A stretch of 64,000 nt of DNA from Azolla caroliniana (lineage: Eukaryota; Plantae; Polypodiophyta): the NCBI GenBank assembly GCA_043228905.1, contig JBHGNT010000006.1, forward strand, positions 6,572,001-6,636,000. Direction: 5' to 3'. Within the stretch, counting starts at the first letter, position 1, and each line of letters begins with the position of its first letter. Of the stretch, positions 37,208-51,732 are shown piece after piece. The translations under genes were made by a program, and so were the position numbers. The notes beneath the pieces are model-generated. The model saw only the letters and a program-made list of their open reading frames with translations, was not told the DNA's origin and did not search any database.

Positions 37208-38699
37208 AATTTTGAATGGGAAATTTCAAAAATCATAGTTCAAATAATTTTGTTTTTTTACCAAAGAATATATAGTTAAGTAGTATTTTAATTGTTAACT
37301 TTGTATTGTTGATACCTCTCTCATCAATGTTATTATTGCACTACCTTAAACAAAACCATAGACTTCTAACTATAAAGTGCTAAAGCTAAGTTTCCATGAC
37401 ACACATAATTTGAAAGAATGACAAAACCATATCAAATTGTAGTTCCACAAAAAGCCACGTAGTTAACTTATTGAAACATTGTTCCAATGGACTAGAGAAA
37501 TCATTCGTTAATGAATTATTCTTGGTAATTTAAATGGATTGTAACTGGAATAATGCACATCCACTTTGGAGCGCTTACATTACAAGAAACAACAATCCAC
37601 CTTTAAAATGATTAGGTGAGGACTCTAAATTGCTAAAATACGAACAATTGCATGGAACCTTGCTTTGTACATCAAATATTTGCTTGGCTTAATTTAAGTT
37701 GAATAGTAACTAGACTTAGGATCCATCTTTCTAAATACATTTATTTCTAACTTGGCACCTCAATATAATGTAACCTCACCCATCAATTGAGATATCGGTG
37801 AATTTAACTTTTCCTTGACGTCATTTTCAATCCATTCTTTGTTTGCTTCACATCTCAAGTGTCAAAAACAACAGTGTTGACTTCTTTCTAGCATGCTTTT
37901 GAAAAAACATACCAAAGTCTCTCATGAGAATTTTACGTTACTTATCTAAAGGACATATCACGATTTCACCATATTTATGCAAGCCTGTACCTTTTTGGGT
38001 ATCGCAACACATTACTTATATTGATCAAGTGGACCCCAACTTGAATAAATAACTTCGAGAGAGATAAAAGGAAGATACGGAACTAAAAGTAAGCATGTCT
38101 ATTTAAATGCAAAACACCGAAAATATCATCCCTAATAGAGATCTTGATGAAAACAACATCTACATGATTAACGAATCTTAAAATTACATGGACACGTATA
38201 ACCATGCTAGGTATGTACAAATAGAATTTAAATTATTTGGTTCATTTGAATTAGTAGAAGACAATTATTTCACAAAGGTTTTCATCTAGTGTATAACAAT
38301 ATATTTAGTGCTCACATGTGTTACTAAAAGAAGTCCATAATCAACTTACATATATGGAAAACGAGAGTTACAAACATTATTAATGACATATCCTTGATGG
38401 AACAAATAGTTTTCTAAACATGATTGACAACATATTCTAGATGGAACAAGTCGACACCTATTCCAAGATGTTCTAGGCATGTGTTTGTGGAGCATGATTC
38501 TTGGAGTAATCAATAAAACATTTTTAATGAAAAGAAAGATGTATATGTAAAATCTTTATTTATGAGAGTGTTATGTAGGCCCTTGGCTCAACTATCGACA
38601 AAGGACATCAACCTGGTTATAGCTCAACTGAGTCACTAATCAATTATCACTCCGCTACAATTGGCTCATCTCATCAATTTGTGATCGAGTCTCGACTTG

Positions 38700-40261
38700 G
38701 CTCTATGATGCATCATCAATCGCATCACTTATAATAAAGCAAGTAAGCACAACTATTGCCTCGAGTCTTCGTTATGTGATGATTCACAAGTGGTTTTTGT
38801 CTTACGCTTCACCCACTCGATCATCCCACTTCTTCTCATCTTCCTTCATCGCTTGCATCATCAATGGAAGTGTCTTCATTGTCCATTGTGTTCTTATGGT
38901 AGTGACATGCCTCTAGGCAATGTAAGTCCCATGACAACTACAACCCAACAATAATGACATCACCATAGGTATTGAGGTATCAATGGTAACAATATGGTGG
39001 CATATGTTATGGTATGCATACTTACTTACCAAGGGTTCATTACTCTATTAGTGGAAGCAAAGATAACCATCATACCATAAAGAGCTAAGGGGGAGACATA
39101 TGGAAGCAAAGAAATCAACTTGTGGTTCTTTGTTAATTCTCTCTTTGGTTGCCAAGTGTTAATGGTACCATCACGGTCCATAATAATGGGGGATAACTAA
39201 AAATACAAAATCATGGCATGCATCTTTTAATAGTATGCGAACGCCTAGTTTTGAAGGGGCCTCCACCATAATTCTCGTTATCATCTTCTCGTTCACAGGT
39301 TGTGGTTGCATGTCCATCAATACTAAAGGGGTTAAAGCCATGGGTATCTTTGTTACAAATGTTGGAAGTGCATTGAGCAACTCAAATGGGTGACTAACAA
39401 ACATATTCAATAGGAAACAAGTACATCACCTATGTGGGTGAAATGTTACTAAGAGAATTTCAATCTTACTCTTGGAAATTTATACAAAGTACTCTTCAAA
39501 CATCTTCATGAGTACTTTGGCTACTATTTAACTATTTATCATTATTTCAAAGGCCAATTAGTAATGACTCCATCTCATGAATAATAATCTTTTTTGTCCA
39601 TAGCCAATCCACTAATTCCTCACCAATGTATTTTTTTTATTGTGAATCATTATGCTCTTGCATTCCTTCTACGAGTAATTTGATAGGTTTGGAAGTGTAA
39701 GAGTGTAACAATCGTCATGTTTAACCTCGAATATTAAGGAGCAATGATCAAAGAGAAAACACAAAATACACGAATGATACAATGCAGATGACACGCCATT
39801 TAACATGGAAAACCCCTCCATGAGGGAAACAACCACAGGACAAAAGTCCAAAATAATCCACTATCAACAAAGAGAATCAATAGAGATACAAGCTCTACCT
39901 CTAGGAACACTAGAGTGAAATGGAGATATGTAGGAAGTAACATTGTCGACAAAGTGGGGACTAAACACCAAAGGAATAGCAACTATACTCACAAGCACAC
40001 GAGTGAGAGGGAAGAAACCAAGATGATGAAGCCCACGAGGCACAATAGAAGGCACGTAGATCGCACATGGAGTAGTGGAGTGGGAAGACTGAGGAGTTGA
40101 ACATTGAGCTTGTTGTGTGGAGTTCTCAAATCTTCAACTCACCCTTTCTTGTTTCGAAAAGAACCACCCCTACATAGACCCTTAACAAAATAACTAAATG
40201 GGCATCCATTGCCCTTTCACACACATAATAAAAATGTTAAGGTGACCAGGACACTTGAACA
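38700..40261 (-). mobile_element. Possible decayed Ty3/gypsy integrase end plus LTR-like sequence
   Basis: Minus-strand IPHYYGP resembles the gypsy integrase PRYYGP motif. An LTR-like tract at about 39775-40261 starts TGTT on the minus strand; no TSD found. Confidence 0.35.
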
Positions 40262-42002
40262 TAATCTCTTTCACCTTACTCTATTATGTATGTGAAGACA
40301 GTAACTGCATACAAATATCTTATATGTGCTTAGGAAGCTACTCTTTGGATTGTGTGCATTGCGACAAGTTTTAATTGAAATTATGACGATTTCATTGTAT
40401 GGATTTCTCTTGGGAGAATGCACCTTTCAACACTAAGAAATGTACCACTAAAATGTATGTATGTAATGAACATAATAAACATGTACTTGTAGTAGTTCAA
40501 GCCCTTGAAACTAAGATAATCAAGTGATATCACTTCTCTCTTTTTAGGCAACAATTATCACAACCAACGAGAACAACCCAGGTAACCTTAAGAACCTTGC
40601 TTTAGCTTGCTTGATAAAGTATACAAAATACACACACCCCAAGAACCTTGCTACATTTGAGCTTGCTTAAACCTTATGCAAAGAGAAGGATCGTTTTAAA
40701 GGACTTTTCACCTAGGACCTCATGATCCTAGGGTCAAACACTTTACTAGTGAGGCTCTATATATTGAGTAATTGTAGAATAAGGAACGACAAGGTAGAAA
40801 GACATGTTCAATGCAACAAATAGATGTTGATGATTACACACCATGAATGTGCCCACTTGTATTGAGATCGCATAAGTGAAGATTTACATGTGTAAAGTAG
40901 AGCAATTCACGAGAACATGGTTAAATATATCAACAACTAAACAAACTAAAATAGTTGGTAGATTTCCATCATAAATTCAAATCCTTGTTTGTGTATTTGT
41001 TTATTTATCTTAAGTATTCAGCTATCTTAAATGTTAAGCACTCTTATTAACATATTGAAAACGTCACTAGTCACATTAATTTCCCATTTTTAAGCATAGA
41101 TCAATGTACAACAATCTTCATTTTCTTTTTTACTAATGACATGTAGTTGGCAGCTTTTGAAATGGCAGTCCTTAGGTCATGAACCTGAGGTGTTGCCCAT
41201 TTATTCCAACTGGAAAGCAAGCAATTGATCTCTCTTGTGAATCTATCTGAGTCTAAAAGAAGCCAACCAACTCTTATTCAAGCTAACCAAGGAAGAGAAC
41301 TTGTATTAAATATCAACAACTCCATAACAACATGATTTATCAACGTTTCATGAACTTCCGATAGTCTACAATCCATATGACAATTTTCAGTATTCTACAA
41401 TCACAACGTGAAATTCTAAAACCTAAATCCTCCTTGTTCATATTTGCACACATTCTCTTTATCATTTCATATTCTGCTGGACTGAAACTACCGCTCATAT
41501 TTTTCTATGGACAAAAGAATGTTTGTGATCCAGAAGACAACTAGGAGCTCATCAAAAAGTTTTGCAAAAATCACATTTTGAACAGACATCTCCTTATTCT
41601 AAGAGTTGATTGAATATTATTCCAAAAATAACTAGCAATTTCAATGTCTTCTTAAATCATATATACTTTCCACCAGAATAGATAGGAAATAAATTTGATA
41701 CTTCATTTCTTTTAATGTAAAGGAAAGGAACCATCACAAGGACATAAATGATCAAAATTCGTTGAGATCAAATTAGTGGAGGTCATCAATCCACATCATA
41801 CCAGTGGAGATCCTCTGGAACAAAGACACTGCTACGATGACAACTTTTCATCATCGCACATGTTACAAATTAGGTTAGGTTGATATATAAATGACATTTC
41901 AGGACAAGAGGAACAAAACTTCTTTCTTTGGCAGATGATGATCACAATGACATGGAGTATGCAAATTAGTCAATCATGTATCATCATTCACCAACTAGTC
42001 AA

Positions 42003-44737
42003 TCATGTGGATGTACCCTTTGCAAGCCGTACATTATCATATCCATTGTATGCATTTCCAATATCGTGTGAGTTTCCACCACTGTATGAATATACGCTCC
42101 TCACATCTCGACCACCACCTCGTTGTTCATAGTTATTTCTTGTGGGATAATATCCTCCTCGGTCATAGGATTTTCGGCCTCCACGTCCATTAATTCCATT
42201 TCCATATCCGCCACCACGAGAACCTCTACCATTGGCATAACTTCTTCCCCTTTCACCTCTTTGCCTGTCATCTCCTCCAATAATATTATAACCTCTTTCA
42301 TTGCTCTTCACACCCAGATAGCCCTGAAGGCCTACACTAGCATTATGATCAATTGAGTAATCAATATCTTTTCCATCCTGTGTTCCCTCTTTGCGAACAT
42401 GGTCAACTACCAATGGAGCAATTTCCTTCTGTTGAGTTTCTTCTGAAGAGTGTCCATTCGCGAGCATTTCATGGACATTGAGCTGTTCAAACATGAATGA
42501 TGGTGATGTTGATGACTCTAAGAGGCATAATAAATAATCGGTATTTTCCATCACAAAATCAGATGTGTTTGTACCTTCATAATCTGATCCCCAATTATTG
42601 TCTCAAACTGATGATTGAGTGGGAAGACAGTTCTAGACACATGTGGATCAAGATCAGGTATTATCTGATGCATATGGTCTTCATTATGAGAAACAAGATG
42701 CTGCTGACCTGCTCCTCGCTCCTGTCACACAGATTGCGAGAGAATTTTTTGTTAAAAATTCAGAGGTATCAATTTAGTATTGAGTTTCTAATACATTGTA
42801 ATAGGATATCCCGTTTTGACTGTCTGTAAAACCAGATAAAGATTATTTTAACACATTCTTACAGCATAAGAAGCATAACTGTACACATTACCTGGGTTGA
42901 AGATCCATGAATCGGAAGCTCTGATGGATTTTGTCCGGATCCTGACACTGCAACTTGCTGTTCAACAGTCTTTAATTCAGGGGTCATAGTGAAGTATTCG
43001 GAGGATAAAATCCTATTAAGACTCTCTCTCAAGCGGGAATCTGCCATACGTGTTAAGGAAAGATGTCCACAAGGATTACCATAAAGACAATTTGCAAACC
43101 TTCACTGGGTGGCAAAGATCATCGATTTGTGAAGGTATAGCTATATGGAACCTGAACCAATTACAGCCAATCTTCAACGGCACTTTCAAGGTTTAGGATT
43201 ATGATTATCAAGAGCCTATCTACAAACTAATCACATAAACATGGCTCCCAAGAGAATGGAAGGCCAGAGTATTTCGTTTGATGGAGATCAGCACTCTTAC
43301 TTCACTTTGTCGTAATAATCATGCATAACTGATGAATTTGTTGATAGGATCTTCCCAAAACATTCAATTGTCTCAATTATCATGTTTTTATCTGAGTTGA
43401 TCCCACAATAAACACATTTAACATAGAAATTGAATTACTCTCTACGGAGTTGAAGCCTAACCTACAATACTCTTGATAATCATGTCTATTTTATTAGCTC
43501 AATATTGCCGTTTTGATCTCCACAATAAAAACATAACTGTAAATAGATAAGACAATGGAATGCTAGAAATTGCCCGGAGAGCAATTCTAGCCTTCAATTG
43601 ACTTGATATTTTATTGATTTGCATGCTGATAGTAAACACGATTTTCAAAAATATTGAAGACTTGACATCTAGTACCAGCCCTAAACTGTGCTGTCATGGA
43701 AACTGTGTTAATTTGACTAGTTTATTAATTAGAAAACATATTTCCTCACATATAGCATGGTAAAAACCCCATCTTCTCACCTTTTCAGATAGACTCAAAA
43801 GAGGAGAAAAACTATATGACCCGCATTGGTGTAGGATACAAGTTACACCAAGATCCTCTTGAATAACCGAGTTTGAATTCTGAAGCCAATGATATGCATG
43901 ATTGATGCACAGCTGAAGAGCATCTTTATGCGATAGAGAGGCATTGTGAGTTCGAGACATAAGTAACAAACTGAAGGAAGACAAAGCATCAAGATCACTT
44001 TCCAACAAAGGGCTATGAGAATCCTCTGTAACACAATCATAAGAGAGACAAGAACTCCTCTCATGAACCTTAGTCCAGAAAATCGCAGGCATCTCGCAAT
44101 GTGATCTAACATCAAAAAGTTGTGCGAAATAAAGTAAAGTCAAAATATCCACAATATCAGAAACAACTGAATGTGTTTCATCCACTGAAGCTTGCGATGT
44201 GGATATCTGCAAGGCATTGCATACCTCTTTATCTACTCTTTCCTCGTTATCGCTTACGTGACACATCTCTATATCTACTCCTTTGTCCTGGTCAATTATC
44301 TCTCTGTCTATACATTTATCATCATTATATATATTGCATAACTCTCCATCCACTTCCTTGTTATTACTTATATGACTTATCTCTCTCGCTAAGCATTCCT
44401 TATTAACAGCACTTATCTCAACTTCTGTGTCTCTGAGCAGAGCATTAGTTTCCATGATCTCTTTCTCATGTTCAGCGATCTCTTCCTTCACGGCAGCATC
44501 CAACGGTTGACGTAGCTTCTCATACTCGTCTATGATCGCAGCCACCGGGATCTTATGCTTCAAAAGCCCTTCTTGCTCTTTGTTGATGCTTTTCCCCAGT
44601 AATTTGCTCTCTTCTATCTGCAGAATCTTGTTGTATTTCTTCTTCAGGGCTCGAAGACGTTTGCTTATCAAGCACATAACGGGGCCTTCCCTCACTGATC
44701 GGTCAGTCTCAGAGACGGAGCCGTCGTTGCAAGCCAT
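42003..44737 (-). CDS. Plant caprin-like glycine/RGG-rich protein (similar to the Arabidopsis AT1G27090 type)
   Basis: Exons 44737-43840, 43040-42892, 42721-42575 and 42482-42003 splice in frame. N-terminal GPVMCLISKRLRALKKKYNKILQIEES coiled coil, LLYFAQLFDV, HERSSCLSYD, LNRILSSEYFT, and a C-terminal RGG/YG-rich tail. Confidence 0.85.
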
Positions 44738-44842
44738 GGATCCGAGAAGAAAAAGCTGCGCACCAGAGACAGAGAGAAATAACCAGAGAGAGAGAGAGAG
44801 AGGGGCGAGGGAGATCAATGGAAGCTGACGAAATGTCGCCAA

Positions 44843-45056
44843 TTAAACCCTAACCCTAAATAGAGGTTTTAGATTATGTAATTAGGTGGTCGTTTTAAGT
44901 TGGATTAGGTTGCCACATTTTAAGCCCAAAATGAATTGTTGTAAGCTTTTTTAAGCAGAATTAATTGACTGAAGCCGGGCCCGTGCATACATAAATAATA
45001 GCCTCCCAGACAGGACAAGACGAGACGCAACCAACCAACCCTAAACCCTAAACCCT
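44843..45056 (-). promoter_or_regulatory. Telo-box plus site II promoter module of the caprin-like gene
   Basis: aaaccctaaccctaaa at about 44845, aagcccaa at about 44922, gggccc at about 44977 and ccctaaaccctaaaccct at about 45039. Confidence 0.55.
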
Positions 45057-45196
45057 TTTGAATATAGGCTTGTTACATGTCCATCATGTGATGTGTTCAC
45101 AGACAAATGGTGGTCACCAACCAACCTGGAGCCTTTTGAATATCGGCTCGTTACGCGTCCATCATGTGATGTGTTCACGGACATATGGTGGTCACC
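45054..45196. repeat. Tandem duplication, 78-bp period
   Basis: ccttttgaatat.ggct.gttac..gtccatcatgtgatgtgttcac.gaca.atggtggtcacc occurs twice. Confidence 0.9.
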
Positions 45197-46684
45197 CGAA
45201 GAAGAAGAAAGAAAGAAAGAAAGAAAGAAAAAGAACCTTGGTGTCGTGGAGTCTCGCCCTCAACTCTATGGATCATGCTTGAGCACACCGTGTGTTGGTA
45301 TGGTGGTGTCCCTCGTTCTACCCTTGCCCCAACCCACAACCCCATGGGAAGGGGAAGCCTAATGGTGTTCAAATGGCGATGCCTCATTAAGGGAAAGCTA
45401 GACTACCAGTTCAGAATGCGTGGAGAGCAAGACTTCTCATGCTACCATGGCGGTATGTCGATTTACCTCACGCCATGCTCTCCCCTCTCGTGGAAGGTGA
45501 CCCATGGCGAGGAAGTTATAGTGATCACTTTTTGGTGCGTTGCTTTCTTGTTCTCCACAAAACAAAGAGAGGGAGGTGCAATATTGGAATAAATTGTCGA
45601 TGAAACAAAGAGGGTGAGGTGCAATGTTGGAAGATTTTGCAAGGAGAACACTCATTAAAAGGGGCCCAAGTGGAGTTTGAATTTGAGTCTAATTGCTCAC
45701 ATATATAGCCTTTTTTGGCCTAAGCTAAACATATATATTGCTTTGCCCCTTGTGGACTAATGAGTTTATTGAGATTGAGATAGAAAGAGCATGTTGAAGG
45801 AAGATGACAAACGAGAAACTAATCCCCTACCTAGAGTCTCAACAACCTAAAGTGCATGAGGTGGTTTTTAGTTTCAGTAGGTGGTTGATACTAAGCAAGG
45901 CGAAAATGGTTATGCTTTCATCCACACCACTGCTTACATAAGACTTCGGTTCCATTCTCATCGGTGTTAGGTGGGGCATTTGGCCACAAGCAAGAAGACT
46001 CCTCAAGTATGAACATTTTGGATTGAACAAGTAGAAGCAACAAAAGTATGATCACACTTTGATAAAATCCTTTATCTCCGGTGACATTGTAGTTTGCGTT
46101 CCAAACCTTGTCAATGTGGTCCAATCCTTGACGCTTCCTCTCAGATTCACAATGCACAATTTCAATTGTAATATTTACTTATAAAATTCTTGAACATGGA
46201 GAGCCACTACTCAATTCCCACATACTATGTGAAAGTGGCACTTTTGGTCTCAAATGTCATATTTGATCTTTGGCAACGTTTATAAAACTTGTATGTCACT
46301 CTTATTTAATCGTGACAATGGAGTTGTGTGTCTTTGGGTGAAAACACACAACTATATAACTTTTTGTGTGAAGAACACTACTTATAATGGGTGTCACAAT
46401 GGAGTATGGTCACCCACTAACTACATGGATAGTGGAACATGTTGAATTGCCAATAAGCAAGATGAACACTCGACTCAAGAAAGAATTTCCACTTACTCCA
46501 ATAAAGAAATTTCTCATAACAGTACTCCCTTTATAGAATACGTTAAACTATAACACGTTTTGTACAATGCAATTAACTCTTTTATCCAAAGTTTTATTTA
46601 TTTTATTTTTATTTTCGACGATTGGGCACACCCCTCATTTTGTTGTAAACCAATTATCTCATGGGCCAAATTTGGTCTTAGAAT

Positions 46685-47716
46685 ATTATGCTTCTGAAGA
46701 GCCAAAAAAGAGATAAGCCATGCATTATGTACAATAATGAGCCACTTGAATGCATGGAAAGCTTCAAATATCTTGGCCTTGAAGTTCCCTCAAATCATAG
46801 ATGGAATGAATGTGCTATACACCGCTTAGAGGCAGGAAAACGAGCATATTATGCATTTGAGAACACATGCAATCGTGGAGATATTAAGTGTTGGGTCCTC
46901 AAGAAATACCTTTTCGACACTTTGGTGTCACCGGTGCTTCTCTATGGAGTGGTGGCATCCCGAAATCTACTTGGAAAGAGTTTGAAAATGTCCAAAAACA
47001 TTTTATTACCAAGTTTCTACAAGTTAAGAAACAAACGTCATACATCCTCCTCCTTGAGACGAGATCACTTCCCATTGAGATATTGACCATGGAAAGGGTT
47101 GTTGAATACATGCTCAAGGTTCAAAAAAGTCCCTCACATCAACTTCCTAGAATCGCATGGGAAGCAAGCAAAAAGATCCAAAAGACGCATAAAAGCAATT
47201 TTTTGTGTTTTGTTGGATGCAATAGATTTGCTTCATGATGCATCACTAGATTCCTTTGTAAATGAGGCCTTTTTACAACGCCAATGTATCATGACACGGG
47301 GAAAATGTGGAGGCTCACACTTCATACATTATACTACACATGTTGCACCTAACCACAAAACCATATTCTTTGTGGAACGAGGAAACCGTACACATTGATA
47401 CATATTAGAGCCCATTTCGTTGGCTTCTATTCGAACCATTGCTTCAATGCGATTGAGTATCACACTTTGATACAATGCTCTGCCTTTGATCATATTCGAC
47501 CATGCTTTCCACACATCTTCGACCAAGCCCAATCCTTGCATGAATTTCTCTCACAACCACAATGTGCACTCTCGATTGCAACATTCATTGGTAAAGTTCT
47601 TGACAATCGAGAGTCACTACTCACTTTCACACATATCATGTGAAATGTAATTTTTTTGGTCTCATAGGTCATATTTGACCTCTGAAGACGATAATATAAT
47701 CTATCTCTCTCTCTCT
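46685..47716 (+). mobile_element. 5'-truncated LINE (RT C-terminal region and 3' end with simple-repeat tail)
   Basis: LECMESFKYLGL and LFDTLVSPVLLYG, continuing after a frameshift as STWKEFENVQKHF...LPRIAW. Ends in aatataatctatctctctctctc. Confidence 0.8.
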
Positions 47717-49298
47717 TCCTCCTTTTACTACCATAGTGGTAGGCATTAGGGAATCAACAAAAGGCCTTGGATTCAAATGCTAACTTTCAAACATCTTATT
47801 ACACCATGGACATGTATCACTTTTCTCCTAAATTGAACAACACGATTCACAATCTACAAACTATTGACGTAACCCTCTCAACAATGGGTTGATTGCACTC
47901 TCTCTAAAAGCACATATCACATAAGCTTGATACTTGCGACATGAACTGTTGCTTTATCACCCTCCCTTTTCTCTTCTTGGTTGCCCTTGCATAGGTTCTC
48001 CGTGAGTTTCCTTTCCTCAAATTGTTCATTCCCAATCTCCAATATGCTTTTGCTACTTCTCCTTAGGATTTGCATGTGTTGCTTTGCTTTAATGCATCCT
48101 TATCCTTCTCTTCATGTGCTTTCACTCTTGCTTGCTTGGCCTTTTGAGAGCAATGAGTTTTCCATAACTATTAGAGACAAGAATAAAGTCGTACAATTTC
48201 CTCCTCCACCTACCTCATCATTTGTATTCATACATCGATGTATGATGTTAATGACAAGTCACAATTGAGTCATATTGGGTCATTGATTGGGATGTTGACG
48301 TCTTTAACTCGAGCCATAAGTAATATTGGACCACTATATATACTATGTTTCTATGCTCGATAGAGTTAGTTGTTGTGTGGTTTGCTACGGGAGTTGTTGT
48401 CGCTTCCCAAAGAGAATGCAAAGCCCGACATCGATAATAAACCATCAAGCTAGGAGCAAAGAGTCTTATGGTATGAAATGCAGATTTAGAAAAGGAGTCT
48501 AATGTTGCGGTGGTAAATGGTTGTCTCCAATCATACACACACACACACACACACACATTACATTTTGGCAAGTTGGGTTTGAACTTACATCGAGCCAACC
48601 ATGTGGATAAGCAACCTTTTTGTCATGCCACAACAAGCACACGATATATCATAACCACGAGTGTGTTTTCTCCAACTTATAGACAACGAGGGAGTCCCCA
48701 ACATTGAGGCGCTGGTCGGAGCATATCAATGTTGTATTGTATCGTCAGGTACAAGGCGGATGCTATGTGCCCGAAACTCGTCGCCAAAACGAATCAGACC
48801 GATGCTTTCATGGTGGTCAACATGAATCGGGGAGAACGAAAACTACTCGAGCCTGGAGGTGAAGGAGGCACACAACTGAAAACCCAACCCAACCCAACCC
48901 AAAGCCCCAACTGAACAACTACTTAACTTACTATACATACATACATACATACTACTTATTTACTACTTTTAACTTATAAGTTATGAACCGCACTTAAATG
49001 GGAGGGGTGGGGGACATGACCGTTGGAGTCCTTGCGCGGTGGCGTGATTATCTAATATAGTTCGTCAAAACTACAAAAGTAGCCCCCCGCATTATCGTCG
49101 TACAGACTTTATAAACGTATTTCTCCTTCTTCCACCATAGCCGATCTGCTTCTGCTTCTGCTTCTTCTACATCTGATTGGTTTCGTTCTTCCTCTTCTTC
49201 TTCGTCTTTCTCGTCTTCTGTAATCGCAATCGTCTTCGTCTTCGTCTTCACCTTCACCTTCACCTTCGCCTTCTCCTCCTCCTCCCATCTCCTGTCTC

Positions 49299-51732
49299 AT
49301 GGCTCTCCGTAGCCTCAACGCTTCCGCTCCCGAACGCAACAAGAAAGGCTACGTCTGCACGAGGAAGACTCGCAGTATGGTCTCCGCCCCCAATGATGAG
49401 AACGTGAACCTTCTCGGAAGCCCTAACAGCCTCTTGCCGGCTCCTGCACGACCTGTTGTACCCTGTAAGAGCGCTGCGTCTCCATCTCCAGACATCGCTC
49501 CGCTTCTTACTTCAGATGAATCTGCCATAGCTGAAATCGAGTATTTGCTATCGGAAAACCTTTCAGACCTCACCGATCCTGAAGACAACCTACATGTTAG
49601 TGTCTCACTCTCTCTTTTTCCTTTTTCTTTTTCTATTTGAGTTGGAGTACAAACCGTAGTTGCCTATCCTCGTTATAATATCCTGGAAATCCTGCTTCTT
49701 TTTCTATCACTATCTGAGATCTGTTTTAATGCCGAGATCTTTCTTTCCGTGACTGTATTTTGTATTAAAAGAACTGTATAACTTTTACCGGAACCTTTTA
49801 CTTCTATGCTTTTATTACTGTCCCCAATGGTAGTCCTTACCATTGTCTCTTTCGTTCTTTTTAACTTCTTGACTCCACTACTGTGCTTAATTCATGATCG
49901 GACTATGTTTATTTTCTCATATTACCACTAATTATTCTGGAACTCCTGCAAGATCCATGAAGATTATGGTCAGTCTTTATAAGCTCTATTTATTGATATG
50001 AGATAATTGGTATTCATTTGGAACAACAGTGATATGTTCTTATCATCTGTCAAAGTTCATTCAGGATGGTTTTGATGATAGATTTTCTTTATTATCTCAA
50101 AAACATGGATGTAAATGGTGGTTTCTGAGTCTTTATCTCTGTTTGAATTATCGTGGTTAGCGTTTTCTGTCTTTTCTTGATCTTATGACCCATTGAACTC
50201 CTGCAAGATCCATGAAGATTATGGTCAGTCTTTATAAGCTCTATTTATTGATATGAGATAATTGGTATTCATTTGGAACAACAGTGATATGTTCTTATCA
50301 TCTGTCAAAGTTCATTCAGGATGGTTTTGATGATAGATTTTCTTTATTATCTCAAAAACATGGATGTAAATGGTGGTTTCTGAGTCTTTATCTCTGTTTG
50401 AATTATCGTGGTTAGCGTTTTCTGTCTTTTCTTGATCTTATGACCCATTGAATGCCATTTTCTCTTCTTGAACATATCAAAAGAGGATTTCTAATGTCTG
50501 CTGTTTATCCAATATTTTTTTCAGACATTGATTGAGAGGCTGGATTCTAAGGACTGGCTGAAGGTGTGTGAAGCCGTTAACAACACGAGACAGCTGTCCA
50601 TTTATCATGCTTCTTCTCTTCAGCTGCACCTGTAAGTCTTAATATTCCTTAAATTTCTGTCTATTCATGCAATGTACATTGAAATTTCAGACCTATCATT
50701 TAATTACAGTAGCCTTCCATTTCAACTTGTCTAATAAGTATCCTGTTATAAATCCAGAGATAAAGTAATTCCTCTACTAGTGAAAGCATTAAAAAATCCG
50801 AGGAGTGCACTGTGCAAGACCGCCATCATGGGTTCAGCAGATTTATTCAAGGCATATCCAAATGAAATTATTAACATGCTGGAACAGCTTGTAAGTGATC
50901 GATTTTTCTTGCAAAACTATTTATCTGTAGAAACATGGCAAACAAACTCATTTGATTTGTGTAGAAATATGTCAGATCAACTGAAGAACATAGCAAATGA
51001 ATCATTATTTCTGTATTACCCATTGCATTTGTATGAAGATAGTGGATACAGCTTCTTCAGCTGCATTTACATCACCGTCTCATGAGATTTGTGTGAACAA
51101 TGTGGATGCAGCTTCTTCAGCTTCTCTTGAAGGCATCACAGGATAAGAAGTTTGTTTGTGAGGAAGCTGAAAGGTCACTAGAGGTGATGACAGATTGTCT
51201 TCCTCCATCATGTTTATTGATTCAGTTGCAGCCTTATGTGAAACATCGTAGTCCTAGGGTTCGAGCAAAAGCTGCATCATGTGTCTACCGATGTGTTGCA
51301 AAGCTGGTGAGTATTAGGAGAAATGAAAAAACTCTCTTTTTTATGTGGATTAGTCTTATTAATTTAAAATCCTCTGGTTTTGAACATATTCAGGGAAATG
51401 ACGGGATAAAGAAATATGGATTTCAGCCATTGTTGCAATTGGCGGCATCTCATTTAAATGATCAGCTTCCTGAGGCTCGTGAGGCAGCACGGAAGCTTAT
51501 AGCAGAGATATATGCTGTGTATCCTAACAATAATGTGAATGATAGCACGTCAGAAGGGAATTTAACTGTGGATGATTGCAACTTAGAAATGAACGGGAAT
51601 GTGAGTGATAACAAATTGAATGATGAGAAACCAGATATCGTACAAGAGGTCCAAGGTTGGAGCGAGTTCTGTACTTCACAGCTATCTTTACATGTTGCAC
51701 AGGCTGTTATAAGGTTGACTTCTGGTGCTTGA
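49299..51732 (+). CDS. TOG/CLASP-N (ARM-repeat) microtubule-associated protein
   Basis: Exons 49299-49595, 50525-50631, 50758-50890, 51112-51306 and 51394-51732. Motifs LDSKDWLKVCEAVNNTRQL, KNPRSALCKTAIM, LLLKASQDKKFVCEEAE, PRVRAKAA and LNDQLPEAREAAR. Confidence 0.92.
49940..50452. repeat. Perfect 255-bp tandem duplication in TOG-gene intron 1
   Basis: gaactcctgcaagatcc...gacccatt at 49940 and 50195, with GAA microhomology at the junction. Confidence 0.95.

Noticed and set aside
44738-44842. Apparent signal peptide on the caprin-like ORF
   Set aside because: It starts at TTG and is a translation of a CT-rich 5'UTR; the first ATG is at 44737.
49048-49342. Minus-strand acidic/basic low-complexity ORFs
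   Set aside because: They are antisense to the pyrimidine-rich microsatellite 5'UTR of the TOG gene.
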